This document shows, piece after piece, positions 44,480 through 54,015 of a stretch of DNA of 64,000 nt. The stretch's first letter is position 1; each line of letters starts with the position of its first letter. The DNA lies in the NCBI GenBank assembly GCA_977017575.1, contig CDRNVI010000048.1, positions 248,001 to 312,000 of the forward strand, written 5' to 3'. This DNA is from Paramoeba atlantica (taxonomy: Eukaryota; Protista; Discosea). A program made the translations under genes and the position numbers. Under the pieces are notes generated by a model, which was not told the DNA's origin, made no database searches, and worked only from the letters and a program-made list of their open reading frames with translations.

Positions 44480-47400
44480 GCAATTAATAAGGGGGGAGAA
44501 GTATGAATCGCGGCATTGCCTCTATATTTTGACCCAGTAGACGAACCAAGTAGGTCCATTGGGGGGGGGGGTATACGAATTGAAAACAAACAATCAAATT
44601 AGCAATTCTTTTTCTGTCCACAGATGTACCTTTTTTCTCAGCCCAAAACTAGCAATTTAGTCTCCCCTAAGTATATACTACAAACAAGAAAAACAGTAAA
44701 AATTAAAACAAGCAATCCATGCCCAATCCATTCGCGCGTTCCGGACCGGGTCTTTCGACCTCTCCACGGCCTGACTTGTGAACCCTTCCCTTGTTATATG
44801 GGAGGGCGCAGGCGCGGGCCTGTGTCGACAGCGACACGGTCGCGAAACAGGATGCTGGCCGACGGGGAGGAGATTCACTGCCCGTGTACTACCTCACTTG
44901 GGGTACCTAGCCCTCGCGAGCTAGGCGTGAGTATAGACTCTGTCGACGCGACCAGCACCCTAATCGTCTTGTTACCCTAGAGGACCATGCCTGTGGGCCC
45001 TACTCCCCTTCCAGGGGAGCTTGGGGGTCACTGACGACTATCCGGGAGACCATCATGCGGGCCTGAGAGCGCATGAGTGTGACGTTAAGCTCTTTCAGAA
45101 GGTCATTTCGGGCTTGAGCATCCGTGAGAAGACCTTTTGACGAGTTGGCGCGCAGTGCTCCCACCTTCCATAAGACCGCCATTGCGCTTTTACTCCACGA
45201 GCCAAAAGACTCGACAACCATGGCCGTGAACCCTAGTTGTGCTTCTTCTGCTTCTTGACGTTGTTTTTCCTTCGTTTCTGAGTAATGCTCGGCGAAAGAC
45301 CCTGCAGCCACCCAGCTAGCATTCCGGACAGAGTCCAAATACTTTGTTTGCTGTGCGTGGGTGACTGCGAAGTCTAGTACCATGCCTTTCCCTAGAGTGT
45401 ACGTGGGGAGGAAAACGTCAGCCGGTCTGGTGAGACCCCCTCCTGGCCCCCGATTTCCTAGACTTTTTTCTCGCTGGGGAGCCATGTTGGCCTTGCTGCA
45501 AAAGGAGGCGAATTCTACACAAAGCGCATTGTGCCGCGTGATGAGGCCATGTCCGTTCTTGCACAATAATGCATGCTCCCCATTTTTCTGTAGGGGTAGG
45601 GAACACCCGTTTGCTGTGCAGGGGCGGTCTTGGCCATAAATGTCCATGCCAAACCACCAGCGCGATAACGTGCGGAACTCGGTTGGTGTGAAAGCAAAAC
45701 CTTTACTCCTTGAGGGCGTGACGAAGGCCCAGCTCCCAGCTCCCTTTCCTGACTGTGAAACCCATCGTGCTCGGGTGCGGGGGTCGGCCTGGCCGTAGGC
45801 TGTAGTGAATTCCTGCTGCGATATGGCTTGGCTCAGTTGCTGCTGCCGGGGTATAACCATTTCCGGCTCGGCCGTCTTATCCGCGTCCATGTTGTTGAGT
45901 ATGTGTCGTGGGCGTTTGCTTCTCGAGGTGAGGTTGTGTCTTTGGCTGGACTCTGGATGTGGTTTATTCTGTTTCGGGATGCGTCCTGTACCGGGATCCA
46001 CAAGTTCTACCCCCGCCTTTCTATTCACGTCCTGCACGGAAATGGTGAATCCCTCGGCTTCTGAAGGGTCCCAATCGTCTGCATCGGCGGCGTGCGCAAC
46101 GGAGGAGACATATGCTGCTGTTGCGTGGAGGAGAGAAGACCTGAGACCAAAACCCCCGTTGCGCTTCTTACGTTGGATTTGGTCACGCGCGTGGGAATCC
46201 AGAGGGAAAAGTGCCCATTCCGCGGCTTTTAGAACATTTTCATCAAGGGAATTACAAAGCTCAGAAAGCGCCTGAGGGGGTGTCGTGCGAAGTGCGTAGA
46301 CCATTTGACAGAATCCAGTGCACTGCCGGATGAGGGACATGGCTACTTGTGGGTCTCCTATGAAACCTATTGCGTCTAATGTTTCGCGTGCGGGCTCAAT
46401 GGCTTCTGACCTGAGAAACTCCACGCAATGCTCCGCTGACCCAATCGGGGAGCCCAAGATGTCGAAATTTCCATCAGTACGAGTTTTAGTCTTCGGTATC
46501 TCTGGAAATAATCCTGTGAGATGGGATGAAGCAGGCGGTGTTATTATCTCACATTTCGATGGGTTTAGGAAAAGTCCGCATCGGGAGCCAACATTGGAAA
46601 AAACATCGAGCGCCTTCCTGACCTCCTCAGCCTCCCCTATGAGTACCCCGTCATCTAGGTACCAAAGTTGAGTGTCTAGATTCGACCGAGACGATATTTC
46701 TTCTGTTACACTGGATAGTACTAGAGAGAAGAGAAGAGGGCCTAGTGGGTCTCCTTGTTGTACCCCCTCTGCCGAGGGTATGACATTGTCTCTGTAGGTA
46801 AGACAGCTCACGTTGGAGTAACACCACTCTACCCAAGGTGAGAGTTCGGGGAAATTTAAGCGCGTGGTTAGGGTGAGAACAGGCCTGCTGACGTTATTGA
46901 AAGCGTTTCTTAAGTCCACTTTGCAGAAGACAAAATTGTCACTCCCCAGGTTATTGAGCATGGCTCTCCGGCAGAGGTGGATAACTCGTTCGGCTCCCGC
47001 GGGGGCTGCTACACCATATTGTCGCCCGTTGAACAGAGTACCCGCTTTCTCCTTTATCGAGATACATGCCGCCTTGCTTACGAGGCGTCTAAGGGTTTCA
47101 CCCGCTGCGATTGGTCGAACATCGTCCTCGCCTTTTTCCAGGGCGCAGAGCCGGGCTCCAGCGTAGAATGATTGGACGTCTTGTGGCGCTTTTCCTTGAA
47201 GCATGTGGTTCACTAGTCGCGTGAGGGCCGAGAGAGGATTCACATCCTTGTCCACATGTTCCAAGATGGCTGCCTGGAGGTGCTCTGGACGAAGGCCCAT
47301 CGTGCCGGCTGAAGATCCCCTGCGGAAGCTGACGATCGCTTTTTTGACCTCTGTTTCCTCTAGGTGTAGGGGGTTGCCCTCGATCGGTGGTAGATCATTC

Positions 47401-48663
47401 TGCAAGGGATTTTCGTGTGGGTCTGGATGCTTCTCCAAGAGCTTTTCGAGGGTATCTGCATTGTCTGGCGCCATGGGGGCTGCGGTTAGGGCTGCCATTC
47501 CCCTGGAAAATTCCCCCTGGCGGGCCAAGAGTTCGGCTCGAATTGCCGCTCTGTCTGCATCGATTTCGGAGTCGCGTGATCTGGAGCGCTTTTTATAATG
47601 ATCCCTCTGGGCATCTTCCCATAGCAAGAGGTACTCCCCCGCTAGCCACAGTTTCATGCGGTTTTCGACGTACGTAGAGTATGATGTGTGGCCTTTGCGA
47701 CCGCCTCGGAAAGGTGCTGGTAGGACACACTTAGGGAGCATTGCGAGAAGTGTCCATGCCTCTACCGTGTTTTCCTTCACTGCGGATGTCAAGGATTGCG
47801 TGAGGATGCTCGCCCAGAGGAATCTGCAACAGTGTGGAACGTCTTTGCAGGTACTCATGGGAAGTGCGCAGATGGAGCCGAGTGATGGCAAATTGTCTGT
47901 TGGATTTTCTTCTGCGTTTTGGGGACGTGCCGTTGGTGGGGCTAATGACCGTCCGGAATTGTTGCGGCCCCTGCAGTTTTTGGGGTGAGACTTGAGCTTG
48001 TTCTTGGCGTAGTGTCTGCCACAATCTCTGCAGAGGAATCTTCCCTCTCCCTCCCACCACTCGTTTGGAATGTTTTTGCCGTGTCGATGAGCTACATGGT
48101 GATAAAATGCCTGCCATTTTCCGCTATGTGGTGGGGTTTTCCACGTACATCCTTCTGCTGGGCATTGACGTTCTACATCCTTCTGCTGCGTATTGGCGTT
48201 GTGGTATGTGGTAGGGGCAGAATCAGTATTCTTGCGCTTTGTAGCCTTAGTTGGAGAGAAAATGTGGGCGGATGAGGCCTCCGAAGTAATTCCCACGTTG
48301 TTTGCCACGACAAGGGAGTGATTTGTCTCTTCGTCCGCGGTCATTCTGCCTGTGTCCGGTGTAGGTTCCTCTGCCGCGATCTTGTAGGCTCTTTCGGTCC
48401 AGTGTTTAGGTACGTTTTCGGGGATAGGTGTCGTATACAAAAGTTCATTGTAGGTGCTTTGGCCGGAAATCAGGTGAGCGTTTCCTGCGAATTGGTCCCA
48501 ATCTCCGGGTTTGTGTGACATTTGTTCCTGGCGAAAAGAGTCATCATCCATTGGTAACGCGTTGGCATCAAAGGAATCATCGGGCGGCATGGTGCGACCC
48601 TAGTAAGCAATAAAGAGAAAGAAAAATTAATTCAACAAGGTACAGAAACTGTATCTTTATCGT

Positions 48664-48665
<2 letters not shown>
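44480..48665 (-). mobile_element. Full-length CRE family D copy 3, with shortened SL head 48633-48665
   Basis: The SL begins GC-TAACGAT directly after poly(A). Confidence 0.95.
45000..48590 (-). CDS. CRE family D protein (1196 aa), intact
   Basis: ORF track. Confidence 0.95.
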   Translation of the reverse strand: MPPDDSFDANALPMDDDSFRQEQMSHKPGDWDQFAGNAHLISGQSTYNELLYTTPIPENVPKHWTERAYKIAAEEPTPDTGRMTADEETNHSLVVANNVGITSEASSAHIFSPTKATKRKNTDSAPTTYHNANTQQKDVERQCPAEGCTWKTPPHSGKWQAFYHHVAHRHGKNIPNEWWEGEGRFLCRDCGRHYAKNKLKSHPKNCRGRNNSGRSLAPPTARPQNAEENPTDNLPSLGSICALPMSTCKDVPHCCRFLWASILTQSLTSAVKENTVEAWTLLAMLPKCVLPAPFRGGRKGHTSYSTYVENRMKLWLAGEYLLLWEDAQRDHYKKRSRSRDSEIDADRAAIRAELLARQGEFSRGMAALTAAPMAPDNADTLEKLLEKHPDPHENPLQNDLPPIEGNPLHLEETEVKKAIVSFRRGSSAGTMGLRPEHLQAAILEHVDKDVNPLSALTRLVNHMLQGKAPQDVQSFYAGARLCALEKGEDDVRPIAAGETLRRLVSKAACISIKEKAGTLFNGRQYGVAAPAGAERVIHLCRRAMLNNLGSDNFVFCKVDLRNAFNNVSRPVLTLTTRLNFPELSPWVEWCYSNVSCLTYRDNVIPSAEGVQQGDPLGPLLFSLVLSSVTEEISSRSNLDTQLWYLDDGVLIGEAEEVRKALDVFSNVGSRCGLFLNPSKCEIITPPASSHLTGLFPEIPKTKTRTDGNFDILGSPIGSAEHCVEFLRSEAIEPARETLDAIGFIGDPQVAMSLIRQCTGFCQMVYALRTTPPQALSELCNSLDENVLKAAEWALFPLDSHARDQIQRKKRNGGFGLRSSLLHATAAYVSSVAHAADADDWDPSEAEGFTISVQDVNRKAGVELVDPGTGRIPKQNKPHPESSQRHNLTSRSKRPRHILNNMDADKTAEPEMVIPRQQQLSQAISQQEFTTAYGQADPRTRARWVSQSGKGAGSWAFVTPSRSKGFAFTPTEFRTLSRWWFGMDIYGQDRPCTANGCSLPLQKNGEHALLCKNGHGLITRHNALCVEFASFCSKANMAPQREKSLGNRGPGGGLTRPADVFLPTYTLGKGMVLDFAVTHAQQTKYLDSVRNASWVAAGSFAEHYSETKEKQRQEAEEAQLGFTAMVVESFGSWSKSAMAVLWKVGALRANSSKGLLTDAQARNDLLKELNVTLMRSQARMMVSRIVVSDPQAPLEGE

Positions 48666-48694
<29 letters not shown>

Positions 48695-48900
48695 GCAATT
48701 AATAAGGGGGGAGATGTATGAAACGCGGCATTGCCTCTATATTACCCATTATGCGAACCAAGTAGGTCCATTGGGGGGGATATGAATGTATGTAAATTTC
48801 TTAGTTTTTCCTCCTTCCACAAGCAATCAGCCCACCCCAAACTAGCAAACAATTTCCCCCCACGAAGCCGCCTCCCTGAAGAGAAATGCAGTGAAAAGTC
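48695..48900 (-). mobile_element. ~205-nt poly(A) mini-element (A'/H-type terminal UTR), copy 1 of 3
   Basis: Starts GACTTTTCACTGC; also present at 53786-53991 and 60690-60894. Confidence 0.8.
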
Positions 48901-48930
48901 TTTTTTTTTTTTTTTTTGCAGCCGTCTTTT

Positions 48931-51900
48931 GCAATTAATAAGGGGGGAGAAGTATGAATCGCGGCATTGCCTCTATATTTTGACCCAGTAGACGAACCAA
49001 GTAGGTCCATTGGGGGGGGGGGTATACGAATTGAAAACAAACAATCAAATTAGCAATTCTTTTTCTGTCCACAGATGTACCTTTTTTCTCAGCCCAAAAC
49101 TAGCAATTTAGTCTCCCCTAAGTATATACTACAAACAAGAAAAACAGTAAAAATTAAAACAAGCAATCCATGCCCAATCCATTCGCGCGTTCCGGACCGG
49201 GTCTTTCGACCACTCCACGGCCTGACTTGTGAACCCTTCCCTTGTTATATGGGAGGGCGCAGGCGCGGGCCTGTGTCGACAGCGACACGGTCGCGAAACA
49301 GGATGCTGGCCGACGGGGAGGAGATTCACTGCCCGTGTACTACCTCACTTGGGGTACCTAGCCCTCGCGAGCTAGGCGTGAGTATAGACTCTGTCGACGC
49401 GACCAGCACCCTAATCGTCTTGTTACCCTAGAGGACCATGCCTGTGGGCCCTACTCCCCTTCCAGGGGAGCTTGGGGGTCACTGACGACTATCCGGGAGA
49501 CCATCATGCGGGCCTGAGAGCGCATGAGTGTGACGTTAAGCTCTTTCAGAAGGTCATTTCGGGCTTGAGCATCCGTGAGAAGACCTTTTGACGAGTTGGC
49601 GCGCAGTGCTCCCACCTTCCATAAGACCGCCATTGCGCTTTTACTCCACGAGCCAAAAGACTCGACAACCATGGCCGTGAACCCTAGTTGTGCTTCTTCT
49701 GCTTCTTGACGTTGTTTTTCCTTCGTTTCTGAGTAATGCTCGGCGAAAGACCCTGCAGCCACCCAGCTAGCATTCCGGACAGAGTCCAAATACTTTGTTT
49801 GCTGTGCGTGGGTGACTGCGAAGTCTAGTACCATGCCTTTCCCTAGAGTGTACGTGGGGAGGAAAACGTCAGCCGGTCTGGTGAGACCCCCTCCTGGCCC
49901 CCGATTTCCTAGACTTTTTTCTCGCTGGGGAGCCATGTTGGCCTTGCTGCAAAAGGAGGCGAATTCTACACAAAGCGCATTGTGCCGCGTGATGAGGCCA
50001 TGTCCGTTCTTGCACAATAATGCATGCTCCCCATTTTTCTGTAGGGGTAGGGAACACCCGTTTGCTGTGCAGGGGCGGTCTTGGCCATAAATGTCCATGC
50101 CAAACCACCAGCGCGATAACGTGCGGAACTCGGTTGGTGTGAAAGCAAAACCTTTACTCCTTGAGGGCGTGACGAAGGCCCAGCTCCCAGCTCCCTTTCC
50201 TGACTGTGAAACCCATCGTGCTCGGGTGCGGGGGTCGGCCTGGCCGTAGGCTGTAGTGAATTCCTGCTGCGATATGGCTTGGCTCAGTTGCTGCTGCCGG
50301 GGTATAACCATTTCCGGCTCGGCCGTCTTATCCGCGTCCATGTTGTTGAGTATGTGTCGTGGGCGTTTGCTTCTCGAGGTGAGGTTGTGTCTTTGGCTGG
50401 ACTCTGGATGTGGTTTATTCTGTTTCGGGATGCGTCCTGTACCGGGATCCACAAGTTCTACCCCCGCCTTTCTATTCACGTCCTGCACGGAAATGGTGAA
50501 TCCCTCGGCTTCTGAAGGGTCCCAATCGTCTGCATCGGCGGCGTGCGCAACGGAGGAGACATATGCTGCTGTTGCGTGGAGGAGAGAAGACCTGAGACCA
50601 AAACCCCCGTTGCGCTTCTTACGTTGGATTTGGTCACGCGCGTGGGAATCCAGAGGGAAAAGTGCCCATTCCGCGGCTTTTAGAACATTTTCATCAAGGG
50701 AATTACAAAGCTCAGAAAGCGCCTGAGGGGGTGTCGTGCGAAGTGCGTAGACCATTTGACAGAATCCAGTGCACTGCCGGATGAGGGACATGGCTACTTG
50801 TGGGTCTCCTATGAAACCTATTGCGTCTAATGTTTCGCGTGCGGGCTCAATGGCTTCTGACCTGAGAAACTCCACGCAATGCTCCGCTGACCCAATCGGG
50901 GAGCCCAAGATGTCGAAATTTCCATCAGTACGAGTTTTAGTCTTCGGTATCTCTGGAAATAATCCTGTGAGATGGGATGAAGCAGGCGGTGTTATTATCT
51001 CACATTTCGATGGGTTTAGGAAAAGTCCGCATCGGGAGCCAACATTGGAAAAAACATCGAGCGCCTTCCTGACCTCCTCAGCCTCCCCTATGAGTACCCC
51101 GTCATCTAGGTACCAAAGTTGAGTGTCTAGATTCGACCGAGACGATATTTCTTCTGTTACACTGGATAGTACTAGAGAGAAGAGAAGAGGGCCTAGTGGG
51201 TCTCCTTGTTGTACCCCCTCTGCCGAGGGTATGACATTGTCTCTGTAGGTAAGACAGCTCACGTTGGAGTAACACCACTCTACCCAAGGTGAGAGTTCGG
51301 GGAAATTTAAGCGCGTGGTTAGGGTGAGAACAGGCCTGCTGACGTTATTGAAAGCGTTTCTTAAGTCCACTTTGCAGAAGACAAAATTGTCACTCCCCAG
51401 GTTATTGAGCATGGCTCTCCGGCAGAGGTGGATAACTCGTTCGGCTCCCGCGGGGGCTGCTACACCATATTGTCGCCCGTTGAACAGAGTACCCGCTTTC
51501 TCCTTTATCGAGATACATGCCGCCTTGCTTACGAGGCGTCTAAGGGTTTCACCCGCTGCGATTGGTCGAACATCGTCCTCGCCTTTTTCCAGGGCGCAGA
51601 GCCGGGCTCCAGCGTAGAATGATTGGACGTCTTGTGGCGCTTTTCCTTGAAGCATGTGGTTCACTAGTCGCGTGAGGGCCGAGAGAGGATTCACATCCTT
51701 GTCCACATGTTCCAAGATGGCTGCCTGGAGGTGCTCTGGACGAAGGCCCATTGTGCCGGCTGAAGATCCCCTGCGGAAGCTGACGATCGCTTTTTTGACC
51801 TCTGTTTCCTCTAGGTGTAGGGGGTTGCCCTCGATCGGTGGTAGATCATTCTGCAAGGGATTTTCGTGTGGGTCTGGATGCTTCTCCAAGAGCTTTTCGA

Positions 51901-53133
51901 GGGTATCTGCATTGTCTGGCGCCATGGGGGCTGCGGTTAGGGCTGCCATTCCCCTGGAAAATTCCCCCTGGCGGGCCAAGAGTTCGGCTCGAATTGCCGC
52001 TCTGTCTGCATCGATTTCGGAGTCGCGTGATCTGGAGCGCTTTTTATAATGATCCCTCTGGGCATCTTCCCATAGCAAGAGGTACTCCCCCGCTAGCCAC
52101 AGTTTCATGCGGTTTTCGACGTACGTAGAGTATGATGTGTGGCCTTTGCGACCGCCTCGGAAAGGTGCTGGTAGGACACACTTAGGGAGCATTGCGAGAA
52201 GTGTCCATGCCTCTACCGTGTTTTCCTTCACTGCGGATGTCAAGGATTGCGTGAGGATGCTCGCCCAGAGGAATCTGCAACAGTGTGGAACGTCTTTGCA
52301 GGTACTCATGGGAAGTGCGCAGATGGAGCCGAGTGATGGCAAATTGTCTGTTGGATTTTCTTCTGCGTTTTGGGGACGTGCCGTTGGTGGGGCTAATGAC
52401 CGTCCGGAATTGTTGCGGCCCCTGCAGTTTTTGGGGTGAGACTTGAGCTTGTTCTTGGCGTAGTGTCTGCCACAATCTCTGCAGAGGAATCTTCCCTCTC
52501 CCTCCCACCACTCGTTTGGAATGTTTTTGCCGTGTCGATGAGCTACATGGTGATAAAATGCCTGCCATTTTCCGCTATGTGGTGGGGTTTTCCACGTACA
52601 TCCTTCTGCTGGGCATTGACGTTCTACATCCTTCTGCTGCGTATTGGCGTTGTGGTATGTGGTAGGGGCAGAATCAGTATTCTTGCGCTTTGTAGCCTTA
52701 GTTGGAGAGAAAATGTGGGCGGATGAGGCCTCCGAAGTAATTCCCACGTTGTTTGCCACGACAAGGGAGTGATTTGTCTCTTCGTCCGCGGTCATTCTGC
52801 CTGTGTCCGGTGTAGGTTCCTCTGCCGCGATCTTGTAGGCTCTTTCGGTCCAGTGTTTAGGTACGTTTTCGGGGATAGGTGTCGTATACAAAAGTTCATT
52901 GTAGGTGCTTTGGCCGGAAATCAGGTGAGCGTTTCCTGCGAATTGGTCCCAATCTCCGGGTTTGTGTGACATTTGTTCCTGGCGAAAAGAGTCATCATCC
53001 ATTGGTAACGCGTTGGCATCAAAGGAATCATCGGGCGGCATGGTGCGACCCTAGTAAGCAATAAAGAGAAAGAAAAATTAATTCAACAAGGTACAGAAAC
53101 AACAAGGTACAGAAACTGTATCTTTATCGTTAA
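48931..53133 (-). mobile_element. Full-length CRE family D copy 4, with SL head 53100-53133 and a 16-nt SL duplication
   Basis: ...GTTTCTGTACCTTGTT-GTTTCTGTACCTTGTTG-AATT. Confidence 0.95.
49451..53041 (-). CDS. CRE family D protein (1196 aa), intact
   Basis: ORF track. Confidence 0.95.
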   Translation of the reverse strand: MPPDDSFDANALPMDDDSFRQEQMSHKPGDWDQFAGNAHLISGQSTYNELLYTTPIPENVPKHWTERAYKIAAEEPTPDTGRMTADEETNHSLVVANNVGITSEASSAHIFSPTKATKRKNTDSAPTTYHNANTQQKDVERQCPAEGCTWKTPPHSGKWQAFYHHVAHRHGKNIPNEWWEGEGRFLCRDCGRHYAKNKLKSHPKNCRGRNNSGRSLAPPTARPQNAEENPTDNLPSLGSICALPMSTCKDVPHCCRFLWASILTQSLTSAVKENTVEAWTLLAMLPKCVLPAPFRGGRKGHTSYSTYVENRMKLWLAGEYLLLWEDAQRDHYKKRSRSRDSEIDADRAAIRAELLARQGEFSRGMAALTAAPMAPDNADTLEKLLEKHPDPHENPLQNDLPPIEGNPLHLEETEVKKAIVSFRRGSSAGTMGLRPEHLQAAILEHVDKDVNPLSALTRLVNHMLQGKAPQDVQSFYAGARLCALEKGEDDVRPIAAGETLRRLVSKAACISIKEKAGTLFNGRQYGVAAPAGAERVIHLCRRAMLNNLGSDNFVFCKVDLRNAFNNVSRPVLTLTTRLNFPELSPWVEWCYSNVSCLTYRDNVIPSAEGVQQGDPLGPLLFSLVLSSVTEEISSRSNLDTQLWYLDDGVLIGEAEEVRKALDVFSNVGSRCGLFLNPSKCEIITPPASSHLTGLFPEIPKTKTRTDGNFDILGSPIGSAEHCVEFLRSEAIEPARETLDAIGFIGDPQVAMSLIRQCTGFCQMVYALRTTPPQALSELCNSLDENVLKAAEWALFPLDSHARDQIQRKKRNGGFGLRSSLLHATAAYVSSVAHAADADDWDPSEAEGFTISVQDVNRKAGVELVDPGTGRIPKQNKPHPESSQRHNLTSRSKRPRHILNNMDADKTAEPEMVIPRQQQLSQAISQQEFTTAYGQADPRTRARWVSQSGKGAGSWAFVTPSRSKGFAFTPTEFRTLSRWWFGMDIYGQDRPCTANGCSLPLQKNGEHALLCKNGHGLITRHNALCVEFASFCSKANMAPQREKSLGNRGPGGGLTRPADVFLPTYTLGKGMVLDFAVTHAQQTKYLDSVRNASWVAAGSFAEHYSETKEKQRQEAEEAQLGFTAMVVESFGSWSKSAMAVLWKVGALRANSSKGLLTDAQARNDLLKELNVTLMRSQARMMVSRIVVSDPQAPLEGE

Positions 53134-53173
53134 GAGAGTTTGCGTGCAGCCGTCTTTTTTTTTTTTTTTTTTA

Positions 53174-53991
53174 TTTCCACAGAAGTATATTTTCTTTTTC
53201 TTTTTTCTAAGCCCAAAACTAGCAATTCAATCTCCCCTAAGTATATACGACAAACAAGAAACAGTAAAAATAAAAACAAGCAATCCAGGCCCAATCCATT
53301 CGCGCGTTCCGGACCGGGTCTTTCGACCTCTCCACGGCCTGACTTGTGAACCCTTCCCTTGCTATACGGGAGGGCGCAGGCGCGGGCCTGTGTCGACAGC
53401 GACACGGTCGCGAAACAGGATGCTGGCCGACGGGGAGGAGATTCACTACCCGTGTACTACCTCACTTGGGGTACCTAGCCCTCGCGGGCTAGGCGTGAGA
53501 CTTCACCCGCTTCTTTCCCTCACTTCCCCCCCCCCCGAGCATCCATCCGCGCCTTCCAAACTTTGCCCTCCTCTTTCCCTCACTTCCCCCCAGAAATCAA
53601 TCCGCGCGTGCTCCACCCCTTCTTCCAGCAGTGCGCGCTTCGGACCGGGTCTCTCGACCTCTCCACGGCCTGGCTTGGGAACCCTTCCCTTGTTATGCGG
53701 GAGGGCGCAGGCGCGGGCATGTGCCGACAGCGGCACGGTCACGAAGTTGGGTTTTGATCGCCGGATTCGGATGAATGTTTTTTTTGCAATTAATAAGGGG
53801 GGAGATGTATGAAACGCGGCATTGCCTCTATATTACCCATTATGCGAACCAAGTAGGTCCATTGGGGGGGATATGAATGTATGTAAATTTCTTAGTTTTT
53901 CCTCCTTCCACAAGCAATCAGCCCACCCCAAACTAGCAAACAATTTCCCCCCACGAAGCCGCCTCCCTGAAGAGAAATGCAGTGAAAAGTC
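53174..53991 (-). mobile_element. Chain of UTR fragments: 205-nt mini-element, poly(A), G-type UTR fused to E-type UTR, poly(A)
   Basis: 53786-53991; 53499-53777 matches the G UTR; 53174-53498 matches the E/D UTR. Confidence 0.8.
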
Positions 53992-54015
53992 TTTTTTTTT
54001 TTTTTTTTTTTTTTG

